A DNA stretch of 64,000 nucleotides, from NCBI GenBank assembly GCA_964016885.1, contig OZ024742.1:56482001-56546000 (forward strand), written 5' to 3'. Positions 1 to 13,520 of the stretch are shown here, one piece after another. This stretch comes from Eledone cirrhosa (taxonomy: Eukaryota). Every line of letters begins with the position of its first letter. Within the stretch, counting starts at the first letter, position 1. Both the position numbers and the translations under genes were made by a program. A model generated the notes under the pieces. That model was not told the origin of the DNA. It worked only from the letters and a program-made list of their open reading frames with translations, and ran no database searches.

Positions 1-127
1 TCAGAATGGGTCTTATTTAAATATATAATTGCAAATTATAAAACAGCCACGTTCACAGACGCTGCTGAATGGTTAAGGTTTTCGATCTAGAATTATGAGG
101 TAACAGACCCCCAGTTTAAACCAAACC

Positions 128-168
<41 letters not shown>

Positions 169-406
169 GTTTCAATTTCAAGACACGTGGAAAAATACTC
201 AATAACATCGTTTGTAAATAAACGCGTGTGTTTATTTTGCAAAATATAAATATGTGTGTATGCAATGAAACTGTATATTTTCAGCGTATTGTAGCTCTTC
301 ATTTATAAATTTCAACCACAGTTAATAACAACGAACAGCTCAGTGTGTTTTAGAAAGAGAGCTGAATGATTCACGTTAAATTCAAAATATCTACAAGAAA
401 TCTTAC

Positions 407-546
407 CGTTCATCTTGTCCTTTTAGTACGTTCATTAGTTCCGTAAAGTAAGCTGGATCTCGGACAATGATCGTCTCTGTTTCATTGATATATATTGGCT
501 TTTTAGGGATCGTCATGACTTGAGTAAAATAGGTCATCCAATCAAA
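407..546 (-). CDS. M13 peptidase (neprilysin/ECE-like) internal exon, FDWMTYFTQVMTIPKKPIYINETETIIVRDPAYFTELMNVLKGQDER
   Basis: tttcag acceptor and gtaaga donor; 140 bp, phase 0 to 2; the FDW..YF..E.IIV..P.YF motif is typical of Peptidase_M13_N; in frame with exon 12369-12455. Confidence 0.92.
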
Positions 547-1339
547 CTGAAATATACAAAGTTTACATATTTTTAAGGAATGTTGTAATTCGTTTTAGAC
601 CTTGTGTGAAATAAAGAAAACGGTGTTTTGTTTGAAACGGTGTTTTGGTTGTTTAATGTTACAGATATGATAATAATCATGTTGGGAGTGTCATCTTGCA
701 ATATTTTATATTTCGCGTAAAATGTTCGTCTTAAAAAGATTAAGAGTCCAGTGCTGAATATTTTGTCGCTCTTAAGTAGTCGTTGTTTGACATTTTAAAG
801 TGATGATTTTTATTTAACGCTCGAAGTGGTAAATGGATAGCGTAATATATGATCTAAGCTTTGTTATGACCGAAGCAATAACAGCACAGCTCTAGGATTA
901 TTATTCCTGTCAATGCTAAATTATCTTTAAATAAGCGATTTTCTTTCTAATTACAAATGGTTAGTTTGATCAAATTTATCGAGCAACTTTTATAGAAATA
1001 TACACATGAGAAAAGTTTGTCTCAAAAGTATTATACATTGGGACAACTTTATCCAAGTAGTTTTCACATTGCTCAATATGACTTGCAATAAAACAGATGA
1101 TGAATATTAGAAACAATATTCAGTAGAATTCAAAATTTATTTGGACCATATATGTCCCGACCAAATAAAAGGGAAACTTTCAGGAAAGGCATTAAATATC
1201 ATTCAATTATAATGCTACTTCGTCATGATTTAGTAGTATATATAATGTATGGAGTGATTAACTAGCAGCTTTCAATCTTCCTAGGTTGAAGCGCAGCGGC
1301 GTACGTGGTGGAACCATTGTCGTCGATTCGCCGATATGT

Positions 1340-2400
1340 CAACACGCAACAAGATGAAGGGATACATAGAGCAACGTTACACCATCAAATTTTGTGTTAA
1401 ACTTAGGAAAACCAAATAAGTCTTTAGAATGTTAGAAGAGGCTTATTTGAGTGAATTGAGGGAGATAAGTTTCTACGAATTGTTTAAACGATTTTCTGAA
1501 CGAGATGAACATGAAGAAAATGAACAGAGATCTGGAGCACCAAACAGTACACGAAAGGAGGTAAATATTGAGGAAATGCGAAGGTGAGTAATTTTAGATC
1601 GTCGAGCTAGTGTGAGAATGATATTTGAAGCTGTTGGCATCAGTAGTCGCACAGTCGAAACAATTCTAACCTCAGATCTGGAGCTCCACATAATCTGTGG
1701 ATCTTCTCCCACGACCAGAAGCAGTTTCATATGAAATGTGACTCTGACATTCTTGATATGATAGCAGATGATTCTGGTTTTCTGAATAAAGTATCTACTT
1801 GCAATAAAAGTTGGATATTGAGCTAAGACCCTGAGAGTAAATGGCAGAGTATCTAGGGGAAGCACATGTCCACCTGCAGACCCCAAAGGCAAAAATGAAC
1901 AGGTCGCAAGAGAATGTCATGATTATTCCTTTCTTCAACTCTCAGGGGCTAATTCCCGTTGAATGTGACCCTCAGAGCAAACCGACAATTTTTTAAACGT
2001 TTCAGGGAGAGGATGTAGAAGAGGTCGCAGTAGCGGGGTAGTGGAGAGTTATGGTTCTACAAGGACAATGCCGCATGTCACAAGACAATGCGGGTGACCA
2101 ACTAGATGTCCAACAGGGGAATGAAAGTGGTACAACATCTACTCAACAGCTCCCCAGCCTGGTTCCTTGTGACTTCTTGCTGTTCCCACACATGAAATAT
2201 AGTATCAGAGGAATCAGATTTGAGTCAGCACAGGAGGCATCAACGAATTTTCTAATATGACAGCAAAAAAAGCCTAGGAGGAAATATTCCAGGCGAGGGA
2301 AAGGTGCCTGCGCATGTGTGAAGATGCGAGAGGTCATTCCATCGAAGTAGACAAAGTTTTTCCAGCCTATGATAATAAATAATATCTCTTGCAAAATTTT
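1340..2400 (+). mobile_element. Decayed Tc1/mariner transposase
   Basis: EQRYTIKFCVKL N-terminus, RSGAP, LQGQC/LVPCDFLLFPHMK remnants, many stops and frameshifts; ends approximate. Confidence 0.8.
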
Positions 2401-2741
2401 CTAATTACTTATTGAAAATATATTGACTTTATTCATTGTACCGCCAGTTCAAATGCGGACCCTTTGTATAATAGATATTTCAAAATTATTTCTTTCTCTT
2501 CAGACATAATAAATATTATATTTTGTTAAAAAGAAACCCTGTTAGAATAGCAACAATGTTAGAAAAGGTAGCGTAAAGAATTTTCATATTTATGTATGGA
2601 TGCTTGAAGAACTAAAGTAAAAAGTATCGATATTTATTTTCTATGATTGATGTCTATAAATAGTAATGGTATTATTACATTCTGGTCTATTCAAATACTT
2701 GCCCCCAAACAAATCCATACTACACTTACGGGATATTATAT

Positions 2742-2833
<92 letters not shown>

Positions 2834-2834
<1 letters not shown>

Positions 2835-3564
2835 ATTAGTATTGGTGCTCTGAAATAGCGATGTGTACATGAATCTATGTATAGTATATTTGGCAATATA
2901 CTGTATGTTTAATTAAAAACATTTAGAAGACCATTCGCTATGAGTTTTAAAGTAGTGACTATGTCACAAACTTAATCTCGGCAAAAGTAACAGAGAGTGG
3001 CCGACAGACAGTCTGTTTCTAGCTTGTGAGCGTTTATCAAGACCACACACTCTGCCGCCTTTGCCGAGAATTATAGAAGCTGGATTCCAGTAATAATCAG
3101 GAGCTGATTATACAGAGCGATTGACTGTCCAGCAAAGATTAGGTATTAGTATTGGTGATCTGAAATAGCGATGTATACATGAATCTATACGTGACATAAT
3201 CACTACTGTAAAACTCATAGCGAATGGTCTTCTAAATGTTTTTAATTAAACATACAGTATATTGCCAAATATACTATACATAGATTCATGTATACATCGC
3301 TATTTCAGAGCACCAATACTAATATATAATCTTTGCTGGACAGTCAATCGCTCTGTGTAATCAGCTCCTGATTATTACTGGAATCCAGCTTCTATAATTC
3401 TCGGCAAAGGCGGCAGAGTGTGTGGTCTTGATAAACGCTCACAAGCTAGAAACAGACTGTCTGTCGGCCACTCTCTGTTACTTTTGCCGAGATTAAGTAA
3501 GTGACATAGTCACTACTTTAAAACTCATAGCGAATGGACTTCTAAATGTTTTTAATTAAACATA
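2834..3564. repeat. Complex inverted-duplicated repeat (A-B-a-A'-B'-a') between (TA)n tracts, probably a PLE terminus
   Basis: 2834-2967 is reverse-complemented at 3191-3324 and 2971-3141 at 3327-3497; partial A copies at 3144-3189 and 3501-3564. Confidence 0.85.
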
Positions 3565-4774
3565 TATATATTAATTTCAACAATGTCAGTAGTCCGTGTG
3601 TCATAATTCTCGATTATCATTGGTTCATAGGTTTCAAACGACTCGGTCCACCTCAACGACGCCAAACTTAAATTAATATGCATAATGCCAATGAGGGAGT
3701 GAGAGGAGAGAGTAAAAAACAGAGAGGCAAAGTGAACGCTGTGTTGGATACACTATGTATATGTGTCAGTGTAGAGACATGTGTGATGTGTGTGGAAATA
3801 AGAGCAGAAGGAAAGCAATAACTATTAACATGTGTGCGTGTGTATATACGTGCGCGTATGTTTATGTGTGTGTGCGTGCGTGCAGCGTTCCACAGAAATT
3901 AAAAACTATCAACATGTGTGAGTGTGTGTGTGTGTGTAAGTGCACGGGTGCGTGTGTAGGTTTGCGTGCCTGTGCGCGTTTCCATGCGTGTATGTGTGTG
4001 TACGTGCGGCGTTTCACAATCGCCAAGCTGTTTATCTGTATGTGTGCCTATCTGTCAGTCTAAAATACACAGAGTTGTGAAGGGAGTAAATAGGGACCTT
4101 TTTTTACATTGACGGACATCTTTTATATTTATTATTGTGTCATTTTTTGACAATTTCTCGAAATGAATACTGATAATAAAAGCAATTCAACTTTATCAAA
4201 CAGTGAACTACAGCGGCGACGGCGTGCAACCAGGAATGAAGAAAAACGGGCCGAACAGCGTCATCGGAATGCCGAATTTCAGAGGCGTAGACGTGCTGCC
4301 ATGAATGAAGAGGAGCTGACTGAACAACGCCAACGAAACACTGGAGCCAAGCAGCGACAGCGTGCTACGGTGGTTGAAGATGAACTGGCTGAGCATCATC
4401 TTTTATATTAATTATCTATATCTATATTTATATATAATTTAAAAGATTGGAACTTCCATCATCCTTTTTGAGAAACGTCGAACAACCACGTCTATGTAAT
4501 AATACACGTTTTACAGTCAGGCCAAAGATTAACCATCTCCTAGAGGTCACTATTCTAGGTGGGACCACCTAGAATTGTTCATATACTATGCACAAACGGT
4601 GCAACGAAGTATCTGGTATATCTGGGAGATTTTTTTTACTGTTTTTTGTATCACACAGACACCACTGACTCAGCTCATACTGTAAACAGACAAACATCCA
4701 AAACAGTCATTTTCTCTTTTACCTGTCTTCTCTTATCATCTGTTTACCCGGGCGAAGCTGGATAGGTCAGCCAG
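3565..4774 (+). mobile_element. Non-autonomous Helitron-like unit 1
   Basis: 3' hairpin TACCCGGGC-GAA-GCTGGATA followed by CCAG|T; internal microsatellite; Arg/Glu-rich ORF 4163-4411 resembling charged Rep/Hel N-terminal repeats. Confidence 0.65.
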
Positions 4775-5390
4775 TCTATATATTAATTTCAACAATGTCA
4801 GTATTCCGTGTATTCTCGATTATCATTGGTTCATAGGTTTCAAACGACTCCGCCCACCTCAACAACGCCAAACTTAAATTAATATGCATAATGCCAATGA
4901 GGGAGTGAGAGGGGAGAGTAAGAAACAGAGAGGCAAAGTGAACGCGTATGTTTATGTTTGTGTGCGTGCAGCGTTCCACAGTTAATAAAAACTATCAACA
5001 TGTGTGAGTCTGTGCGTGTGTGTAAGTGCATGGGTGAGTGTGTAAGTTTGCGTGCGTGTGCGCGTTTCCATGCGTGTATGTGTGTGTACGTGCGGCGTTT
5101 CACAATCGCCACGCAGTTTATCTGTCTGTGTGCCTGTCTGTTAGTCTAACATACACAGAGTTGTGAAGGGAGTAAATAGGGACCTTTTTTTTTACATTGA
5201 CGGACAACTTTTATTTTTATTATTGTGTCATTTTTTGACAATTGCGCGAAATGAATACTGATAATAAAAGAAATTCGACTTCATCAAACAGTGAACTACA
5301 GTGGCGACGGCGTGCAGCCAGGAATGAAGAAAAACGGACCGAACACCGACATCTGAACGCCGAACTTCAGATGCGAAGACGTGCACCATA
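4775..5390 (+). mobile_element. Helitron-like unit 2, head-to-tail copy of unit 1, truncated
   Basis: Starts with TC directly after the unit-1 end; near-identical to 3570-4300; interrupted by the PLE at about 5390. Confidence 0.65.
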
Positions 5391-6390
5391 AATAACCCTA
5401 TCCGTCAGGCAGTTACCCCTAAGGGGGCAGCGTCCCCTGTCAAGGCACCGTAACTAGCCATAACAGCGTTAAATATTATATAGGGGTTACCTCTGGCCCG
5501 TTCAAAAATAGATTTCGAACACATCTCCACTCTATCGCAAACAAGAAACTAAGACACTCCACTTCGCTCGCGAACTACATCACAGCATTAAAAGACTCAA
5601 ACGTCAGCTACTCCACGCACTGGGAAATTGTCGGCAGAGCAGCACCATACAATTTCAAGAGGAAGTGCGAGATTTGCCTCATGGAGCTTTACCATATCAT
5701 AACGGCACCCCACGAGCTCATCAACAGCAGAGCTGAAACGACGATAAGCTGTACACACCTCTTAAAAATATCCTACTCCAGATGGAATAAGAATGAGGAG
5801 TGAAAACTATAAACCGGGTCACCCTGCACCAAATTTAACACCCCGGCGGGCTGGCCCTGCAAAAAACATCCGGAAACTAACCATGCATCCCAGACCCGGC
5901 ACGAATCGACCCAGGCGGGCAGGCGCAGCAAACAAACATACCTGACCCTGTGCGTATCGACAATGGTAAAGCAGTAACCACAAAGTAATAACGGAGAAAA
6001 AATCACCTGGAGAATATTGCTCTAATAACGGTTATAGCTATCTCCCTTGACCTACTGCAAAATCAATACATGCTTTTTACGAAGAATGAACTGTGACGTG
6101 AACTTATTTCTAAAAACCCATTCCGGGTCATGTAAGGAACGCTTTTTAGTTTTTCGGGCGAAACGTACGTAGGTGGTGTTTTAAATAAACATGTTTTAAC
6201 GGTTTGTTCTCCTTTATTTACTTCTCCACGTGCTTCCGCTCTGCTTATTCTCTCGCCCACTAGATATTAACACTTCTAATATTTAACACTACCGGCACTA
6301 GTATTGAGCACCTTTTGCATACGCTATTGGCAAATAACTACATGTATCGCCTATCTCTCCTTCTCTCTCTCGATACTTAAATATTCTCTC

Positions 6391-6454
<64 letters not shown>

Positions 6455-6500
6455 GGCTTTTACAGTACTAGAACTGTTGCATTCGAAGAAAATCCTCAGG
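5390..6500 (+). mobile_element. 5'-truncated Penelope-like element (Naiad-type GIY-YIG endonuclease C-terminus plus 3' region)
   Basis: Open frame 5441-5803: KYYIGVTSGPFKNRFRTH...TSLANYI...WEIV...CEICLME...LINSRAE...CTH; ends in (CT)n/(TA)n. Confidence 0.85.
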
Positions 6501-8189
6501 AATATATATATATTCAGTACTAAAGGATTCTGAACTTCACATAACGATAATGACTTGTTCTATTTCGTATTGAATCGTTACTTGCGAATATGTGATGCTA
6601 CAATGGTGGTTAGCAGTTTTGACTTCCAATTTTTGCATACAGACACAGAGAGAACAGGGAAGAAAGCGGCTTTTTAAAATTGTGATGACTTATCTATAAA
6701 ATCTAATTTTATAGAGCCTGAGAATACCACAATCCATATCTGTAATACCATGTAAATTCAATTCTACAAGCTTATATAACTCTTTCATTCTATACTTCTG
6801 TTGCTTACGGCGTTAATTTACTTTATGTACAGTAGTTATTTGGCTGATATTCAACCCACATATTATAAAATATGTTTAGAATGTGTCTACTCATGCGATT
6901 GTCATTAGTTCAAATATCTTCAAACATTGATATGATGTCTGTAGATTATTAATATATCTATGTAATTTTACAATCAAAATATCGAAAGCTAAATGAGTGA
7001 CATGAAATCATTGTTTAATCTCTGAAATATATTCATTAAAATACATCTATACATATGTTATGATTGAGAAATATTTATTTTAAACATTCACCATCACGGA
7101 ATATATGAGATAATATAGATTAAAATTACATTAGTTGTTAATTATTTTAGTTCATAAAATGTAGAGCATCAATTTCCTGTATTCGTGCTATCTTTAAATT
7201 ACATTTTATTACACGTAATCATTTATCGGAAAAGATAAATGATTATCAATACATTAATGTAATTAATCTTTTTTTATATATTCCAGAAGTGAATCTCATT
7301 AAATGGAAAGGATTTGCTATTCCTAAGCTGCCAAATATATTAATTTCTCAAGTCTATATGTGTGTTATCGTGTTAGTTTAAAACCTTGAACACACAGATC
7401 CTGCAACACTAAGAGCCATTTGACTATTCGTCGAGTTACATTGACATAAGATAATTTACACCAGTGAGTTTAGAAACGTCACCATTGACTATTGCCCCAT
7501 AATATATATTAAATATATCCCAGACATAATTTCGTTTCTCAACCAACATTATATTTAGATAACATTTCATGTAGTTCTATGAAATTTTTTAAGTAAAATA
7601 CATTCAATATCGTTTACAATCTAATTAAATACATTTTAATCTATTAAGCCAATAATAGTAAATACCATCATAGGATTTCTTCATCTCCGAAGAAAAGAGA
7701 TTTTTCTAGTACAAATAACAATCACATAATAAAACCATATTCCCTCTCCACCACCTTTACGAGACATCTAATTGTTAAACCCCCCCCCCCCACGATCACA
7801 CACACACAAAAGTAAAAATAGTAATGAGTGCTGTAAAATGACAGTGTAACTTAACATTGCTACCCCGGGGACGCGGGTCTGGATGGAATGGTGCAGCGAT
7901 CCCTTCTATATGGAAGTCCACGTGTGGACCGCCTTGTTGTCTCAGGAAAATGAATGAAGACGTCACAGAATATTTGTAAAAATTTATGAACTCTGAGGCG
8001 AATATTTCATCCTTATTTGTTTTAAGATAACAAAAGAATGGTGTTTCATATGGAATAATCCTGATATTTAGGGAAACAATGTTATTTACTTGAACGGGGT
8101 CAGTGTTAGGTAAATGATTTGATTATCTTATCCCGATGCATGGGATATTTTTCAGAATATAAACGTCGTTTAGACGACGACTGCTCCTG

Positions 8190-8478
8190 GTGATTCAATC
8201 AATAGAACCGGCTACTCGTGAAATTAACGTGTAAGTGGCTGCACATTCCACAGACACGTGCACCCTCAATGTATTTCTCAGGGACATTCGGTGTGATACG
8301 GTGTGTGATAAAGTACGGCCCTTGAATTTCAGGTAAGACTTTTTACCAGCTGAGTGGACTGGCGTAACGTGAAATATAATGTCTTTCTCAAGTGCACAAC
8401 GCGTCGGCCGGTCACAGAATCGAAATCACGACCTTAAAATCATAAGACGAACATCATAACCCTAAACCACGTGCCTTC
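8190..8478 (-). mobile_element. tRNA-derived SINE, second family
   Basis: Minus strand shows a tRNA-like head (A/B boxes) then GTTGTG...TTGAG...CCAGTCCACTCAGCTG; related copy at 51205-51470 (+), fragment near 33330-33390. Confidence 0.65.
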
Positions 8479-9059
8479 ATATAAACGAGAAATAACCTTT
8501 TAATAACTACACGAATACCAACAATACCTCCTCCATTTATTTCTACATTTTAACGGTAATCATTGTAGTCACAGAATTACGAACATGTGACTTGTATGTG
8601 TATTTATTCAATTGAATGGCTACACTTATTAAATAAGTCTCATATTTTAGTTATTGATCACCTGATGCGCAGGGGTGTGGGTAAATTAGAATTGCACTGG
8701 TTCCTCAGTTTAAAACTCTTCCTAACTCTGGTTACTTGGTTTCGGGCGGTGGGAGAAACAATTTTACGTCCCTTGCAGATATAACTAACAATTAAATGTC
8801 ATCAAAAGAAGGACATAGTAGCCAGTACAGCTTGAGAGAGAGAGCGGAGGTAGAGAGTATGTGTGTGTGTAAGTTACTTTTCATGTGCAAGAAAGAAACT
8901 ATGAGATTATCGAAAAGCACAATTTCAATGTGAAATTTAAAAATTTAGAAACATTTTTCATTTTTTTTTTTTTACAGGTACTAAATATTGAAACCCGTCT
9001 CCAATATATGATAATAATAGATTCAATATCAAATCTATTATCTTTCAATTATTTTTGCT

Positions 9060-11875
9060 TAAATAATAAGCAGGGGTGTTCTGCTAGAGAACGGGTCACG
9101 AGTGGCAGATAGCGATACGGCCATCAGACTAGATGGTTAGTTGCATTATAAGCGGGTAACCTCCGGACGAATAAGAAGCCTCGGTCAAACAACGGTAAAC
9201 TACAATGGGAAATGGAACAATGAGTAACATCTGTAGCGCTCAAGTAAACTATCACAATCCAGTGACGTAGCGATGGCGAGGCGAGTAAAGGCCGCCTCTA
9301 AAAAAGCCTAGTCTTAGCGGGTTTGACAAAGTACCAGATTGGTGACTGGTGCGAATAAGACCAACGAAACTACAACTGAAATATGGTGATAGGAACAAAA
9401 AAGAATCATATCGCATCGTCTTTCACGCGGGTTAATAAAGGACGCGTTCAGGCATTAGGCAGAGGGGCCTGTTCGAAAAATATATTGCAGTCTCTATTTT
9501 ATGCAGCAAAACTGGCAATGGGCCTGCGAATTGTCCTGAGTGGTGTGGGATGGACGCACAAAGAATGGGTATCCCGAGGCCCCGAGGTTCCAGAAGGGAG
9601 CAAACCGTAACAATTGGAAACTGGAACATCACAACCCTTACAGGTTAGGAGCAGGAACTGGTGGAGGAGGGTAGATGCTACCGGCTAGATATAGATGGGG
9701 TATCCTTAACAAAGTTCCGTGGTACTAATACTATAGAAACTGCACTATTCGGGGGTTGTGCTAGTAATGACTGCAGTATGAGAGTGAGGATACTCACAAC
9801 TGCCCCGGCTATCATAATGTTTTATGTACTGTATCCTCTTGAAGCTTAGGCTGAAAGTTAGGCCTTTGTATGTGGTGCAACTTTATGCACCAAACAAGGA
9901 GTCCGAACACAGGTCCTTCCGTGACGAAATCACTGCAGCGCTAGATATAGTTAAGACTGAGTCATATCGTGATGAGCGACTTCAATATACATGATGTCAC
10001 TGACTACGTGACACGGAAAGAAATGATTGGAAGGAGTGGCCACTCCGATCTAAATACAAATGGACTTCGTCCTGCTCAGAATCATCCATAAACATACATG
10101 GTATAAGGGAAATCAGGACAATAATTTATTTTGTTATTGTCTTTGATCACTTCCGTTCTACGCTGGGTGTTCGTGTTAGTAGAGGTGCTAAGCTATCAAC
10201 TTATTACCATCTAGCTATCTGCAACTTGAGACTACCTACAGCCAAAGAAGCCCACACAACTGACAAGTCCGGGGTGAGCTACAGAATAAATGGGGAAGCG
10301 TTGGTGGATAAGGAAAACAAGACCAATTATGCAGATAATATTGCATCCAAATTCAAAGAACTCCCTGAGAAAACTGAGGTCGTTGAGATAGTTCAACTCA
10401 GCAGTTTCTGATTCAGCTGTTAAAGGCTGCGAGTGAAAGAGGCGTGGTGTGGCGCCGGATGGCAAGGACCCCTTGCTTCGAATAAGAAGTCAAAGATACC
10501 ATCCGAGCAAAGAAGGAGACCTACAAAGCTTGGTTTGGAAATAGGTCCTCCTTCTTGTACTTACAGTACATGCAAGCACGAACATTCGCAGCACAACCAG
10601 TAAATGCCTCCAATGTTAAGACATGGGAAGACTTTGGGATAAGCTTGAATCTGATTTCAGATCAGCAAATAACGTTTTCTGGCAGACCATCTGCCGACTT
10701 CTACACCTGCTATCAAGAACGCGTCTTCTGCTCTCTTCAGAGGTGCATCCTCACGAGGTGGAGATAATACTTTGTAGACCTCGAAAAGATATATGGCCAC
10801 GTTAATTGGGATCTACTGTGGAAGGTTATGCAGGAGTGTGTGATCGATTCTTGCTACCCTGATGTCTCTATACGCATTCCTGAATATTTGTGTTCGGATA
10901 AATGTTCTAAATTGAAATCATTCAATGTGTGTGTCGGAGTCCGCCAAGAGTACGTACTGTCACCTCTCCTGTTCATTATTTTCATGAACATCAGGGCGGT
11001 AGATTGGCAGTATCGGTAGAGAGTCGGACGCCATGCTTTGCTGCATAGAGTTACGGCCCTTTGTGGTCTGAGTTCAAATCCCGCGAGGTTAACTTTGCCT
11101 TTCATCCTTTACGGGGTCGATAAAATAAAGTACCAGTAATACACTGGGTAATTGCTGACCTTGTGCCAAACGTAGAAACAATTATTTTCATGAACATGAT
11201 TGACATGCGTAGCCATTTTAAAGTGATATTGTGGGTGTCAAATCAGTTTGCTAAAATTCGCAGTCCATATGGTGTTGTTTAACTCGACAAAAGTTGATCT
11301 CGGACTAGCATTCCATCTTGTTCACGAGTGATGGAAAGTAGGAGGTTGAATTAAGTGCGAGAATTGCGGAAGCTGATGCAATAATGCGCCAGCTTCAGCA
11401 TTCGGTAATCAGAAGAAGGGAGGTAGATGTAAAAGCCAAACTCACTATCTTCAATTCGGTATTTGCACCAACCCGTACCTATGGTCGTGAATCTCGGGTA
11501 ATGACCGAGAGAATACGATCACGAATAAAAGCGGCTGAAATGGGGTTTCTCTGAAGGGTTTTCGGAGTAACGTTACTCGATAGAATGCGTAGCTCGGAGA
11601 TCAGAGAGTCACTCCAGTCAGAGCCGCTACTTCTCTGAATTGGGAGATCGCAGCTCCGATATGAGCGCCATGTAATGAGAAAAGAATCGCTGGACATATT
11701 TTACGGGCAAAACAATCGGCAAGAGATCCAAGGGTAGACCCCAAGCAAGATGGTTGGATAACATCCATGAGCTTGGTTGCTCACGCTTGGGAATCCAGCC
11801 GGATCAGTTGGAGACGGATGCTTCTGACAGAACCCGCTGGAGACTCTTAGAATTAAGTTAACAAGAACAGAAGAA
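9060..11875 (+). mobile_element. Highly decayed RTE-clade LINE (APE plus RT remnants)
   Basis: TIGNWNITTL (APE start, about 9610), FNVCVGVRQEYVLSPLLFIIFM (RT), YGRESRV..IKAAEMGFL C-terminal motif; many stops. Confidence 0.85.
10992..11180 (+). mobile_element. tRNA-derived SINE (major family, resembling octopus OK/OR SINEs) inserted in the RTE, with a 17-bp TSD
   Basis: GGCGGT.GATTGGCAG head, GAGTTCAAATCCC B-box, CTTTGCCTTTCATCCTT..GGGGTCGATAAAATAAGTACCAG core; attattttcatgaacat at 10975-10991 and 11181-11197. Confidence 0.9.
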
Positions 11876-12368
11876 TAAGTAGTCATAATCCATATAAGTT
11901 GATTTTGGAAATAGACAATCAGATGACTCAACTATAGAAACGGTGTATTAAGGGCTATAATCTAATTATTGTACTGATAGGAGAGAAATTATAAATATAG
12001 TTGTCTTCAACAATTCCACCAGGTAAAACTATCTTTTGTATTAATAAAGAAACAATGTTATATATATTTTTATAGATTCCGTTTGTTTGTTCTCTATAAG
12101 ACTGGGTCCTTTGTACAAGGTGTAGATATGTAGAACTACATTTCTTGGTGTTGTACTTTGGTAAATAGAATTAATATTTTTGTTTCATCCATTTTAAGTC
12201 GCTCGGGTGAGAGAGTACTCTATAGGAATTTTATGTTTTCCATTAAAATGAAGTGTATCTGTGAGAAGAAAAATCTCTTAGATATCATCTTTGAAATTTT
12301 CTAATCGGAGAGACAATGATTTCTGTTCATCTTTTACGCTTAGGAAATAACACAAGGATTTTTCTTAC

Positions 12369-12455
12369 CTCTTTAAATTTATATCGAAGTTCTTTGACTG
12401 ACATTTTGTTGTAAAGCCTCTCATTATCGCGTCTGTTTTCTATCGGCGTAATAAT
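12369..12455 (-). CDS. M13 peptidase exon, IITPIENRRDNERLYNKMSVKELRYKFKE
   Basis: tttcacag acceptor, gtaaga donor; 87 bp, phase 0 to 0; RRD...LYNKM motif of neprilysins. Confidence 0.93.
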
Positions 12456-12798
12456 CTGTGAAACAAAAATAAAACAAATATGTAAATAGCAGTAACATAC
12501 TTATATGGATACAATATAACTAAAGAAGAATTAAATTAAAATATTCTCAGCTTTTTCACACAACTTCACTGGAACAATTACATATCTAGGAACAAAAAAA
12601 TACGATTATTTTTACAGGTAATATATTTTATGCGCAGCAAAGTAACAGAAACTCTAGAAGGTCAGATAGAATGCTAGGTATTCGTCTAGGCCTTCTCACC
12701 CTGAGTTCAAATCCTGTCTAGCTCAACACTGCCTTTCATCCTTTCGACATCCATAAATACAAATCAAGTACTGTGATTTATTATTTCCACTCTCCCTC

Positions 12799-12868
<70 letters not shown>

Positions 12869-13050
12869 GTATGTTGTTAACGGCTGAGAAAGGGGTACTC
12901 AATACCGAAGTATTCATTTCATTAATGCTAAATAGTGAGTACTCTGGAATGTTGCCTGTTTATCACAGAGTTATCAGACAAGAACTCTTCTTGTCTGGTG
13001 ACCCTGTGGTAAACAGGGAAAACTCCAGAGCAGCAAGATGCGCCATTCAG

Positions 13051-13116
<66 letters not shown>

Positions 13117-13257
13117 ATTGGTTATGTACGAGTGCATTAATGTTTTCCAGGACACAGTGTTATGTACCGTGTAGTGGAATGTCAGCTTACAACAGAGTGG
13201 TGCTCAACGAAATGCAGAAAAAAGGTGTATATTCCAGTTTAGCTATATTCCGGGGCG

Positions 13258-13471
13258 TATATAAAGAATTAAAAAGAACAGAAAGATGCAGTAAAAGAGA
13301 TTTATTCGGTTCTTACGTACGTTTCAATAGACATCAATTTGCCTAGATCTTGCTACATCATAAATATATAATATTATAGATGTAGCGAGATCTAGGCAAA
13401 TTGATGTCTATTGAAACGTACGTAAGAACCGAATAAATCTCTTTTACTGCATCTTTCTGTTCTTTTTAATT

Positions 13472-13479
<8 letters not shown>
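13258..13479. repeat. Fold-back with about 100-bp near-perfect arms next to (TA)n; PLE-terminal fragment
   Basis: Arms 13258-13359 and 13380-13479; each carries GAAACGTACGTA, the 3' half of a minimal hammerhead with palindromic stem III. Confidence 0.85.

Positions 13480-13520
<41 letters not shown>

Noticed and set aside
4163-4411. Arg/Glu-rich ORF as a host gene
   Set aside because: It lies inside the duplicated Helitron-like unit and has no splice context.
9311-9361. HDV-like ribozyme in the old RTE 5' UTR (GTCTTA..GTACCAG/CTGGT-GCGAA-TAAGAC)
   Set aside because: P2-, P4- and J4/2-like parts are present, but only 14 nt remain for P3, L3, P1' and P1.1, so the fold cannot be built.
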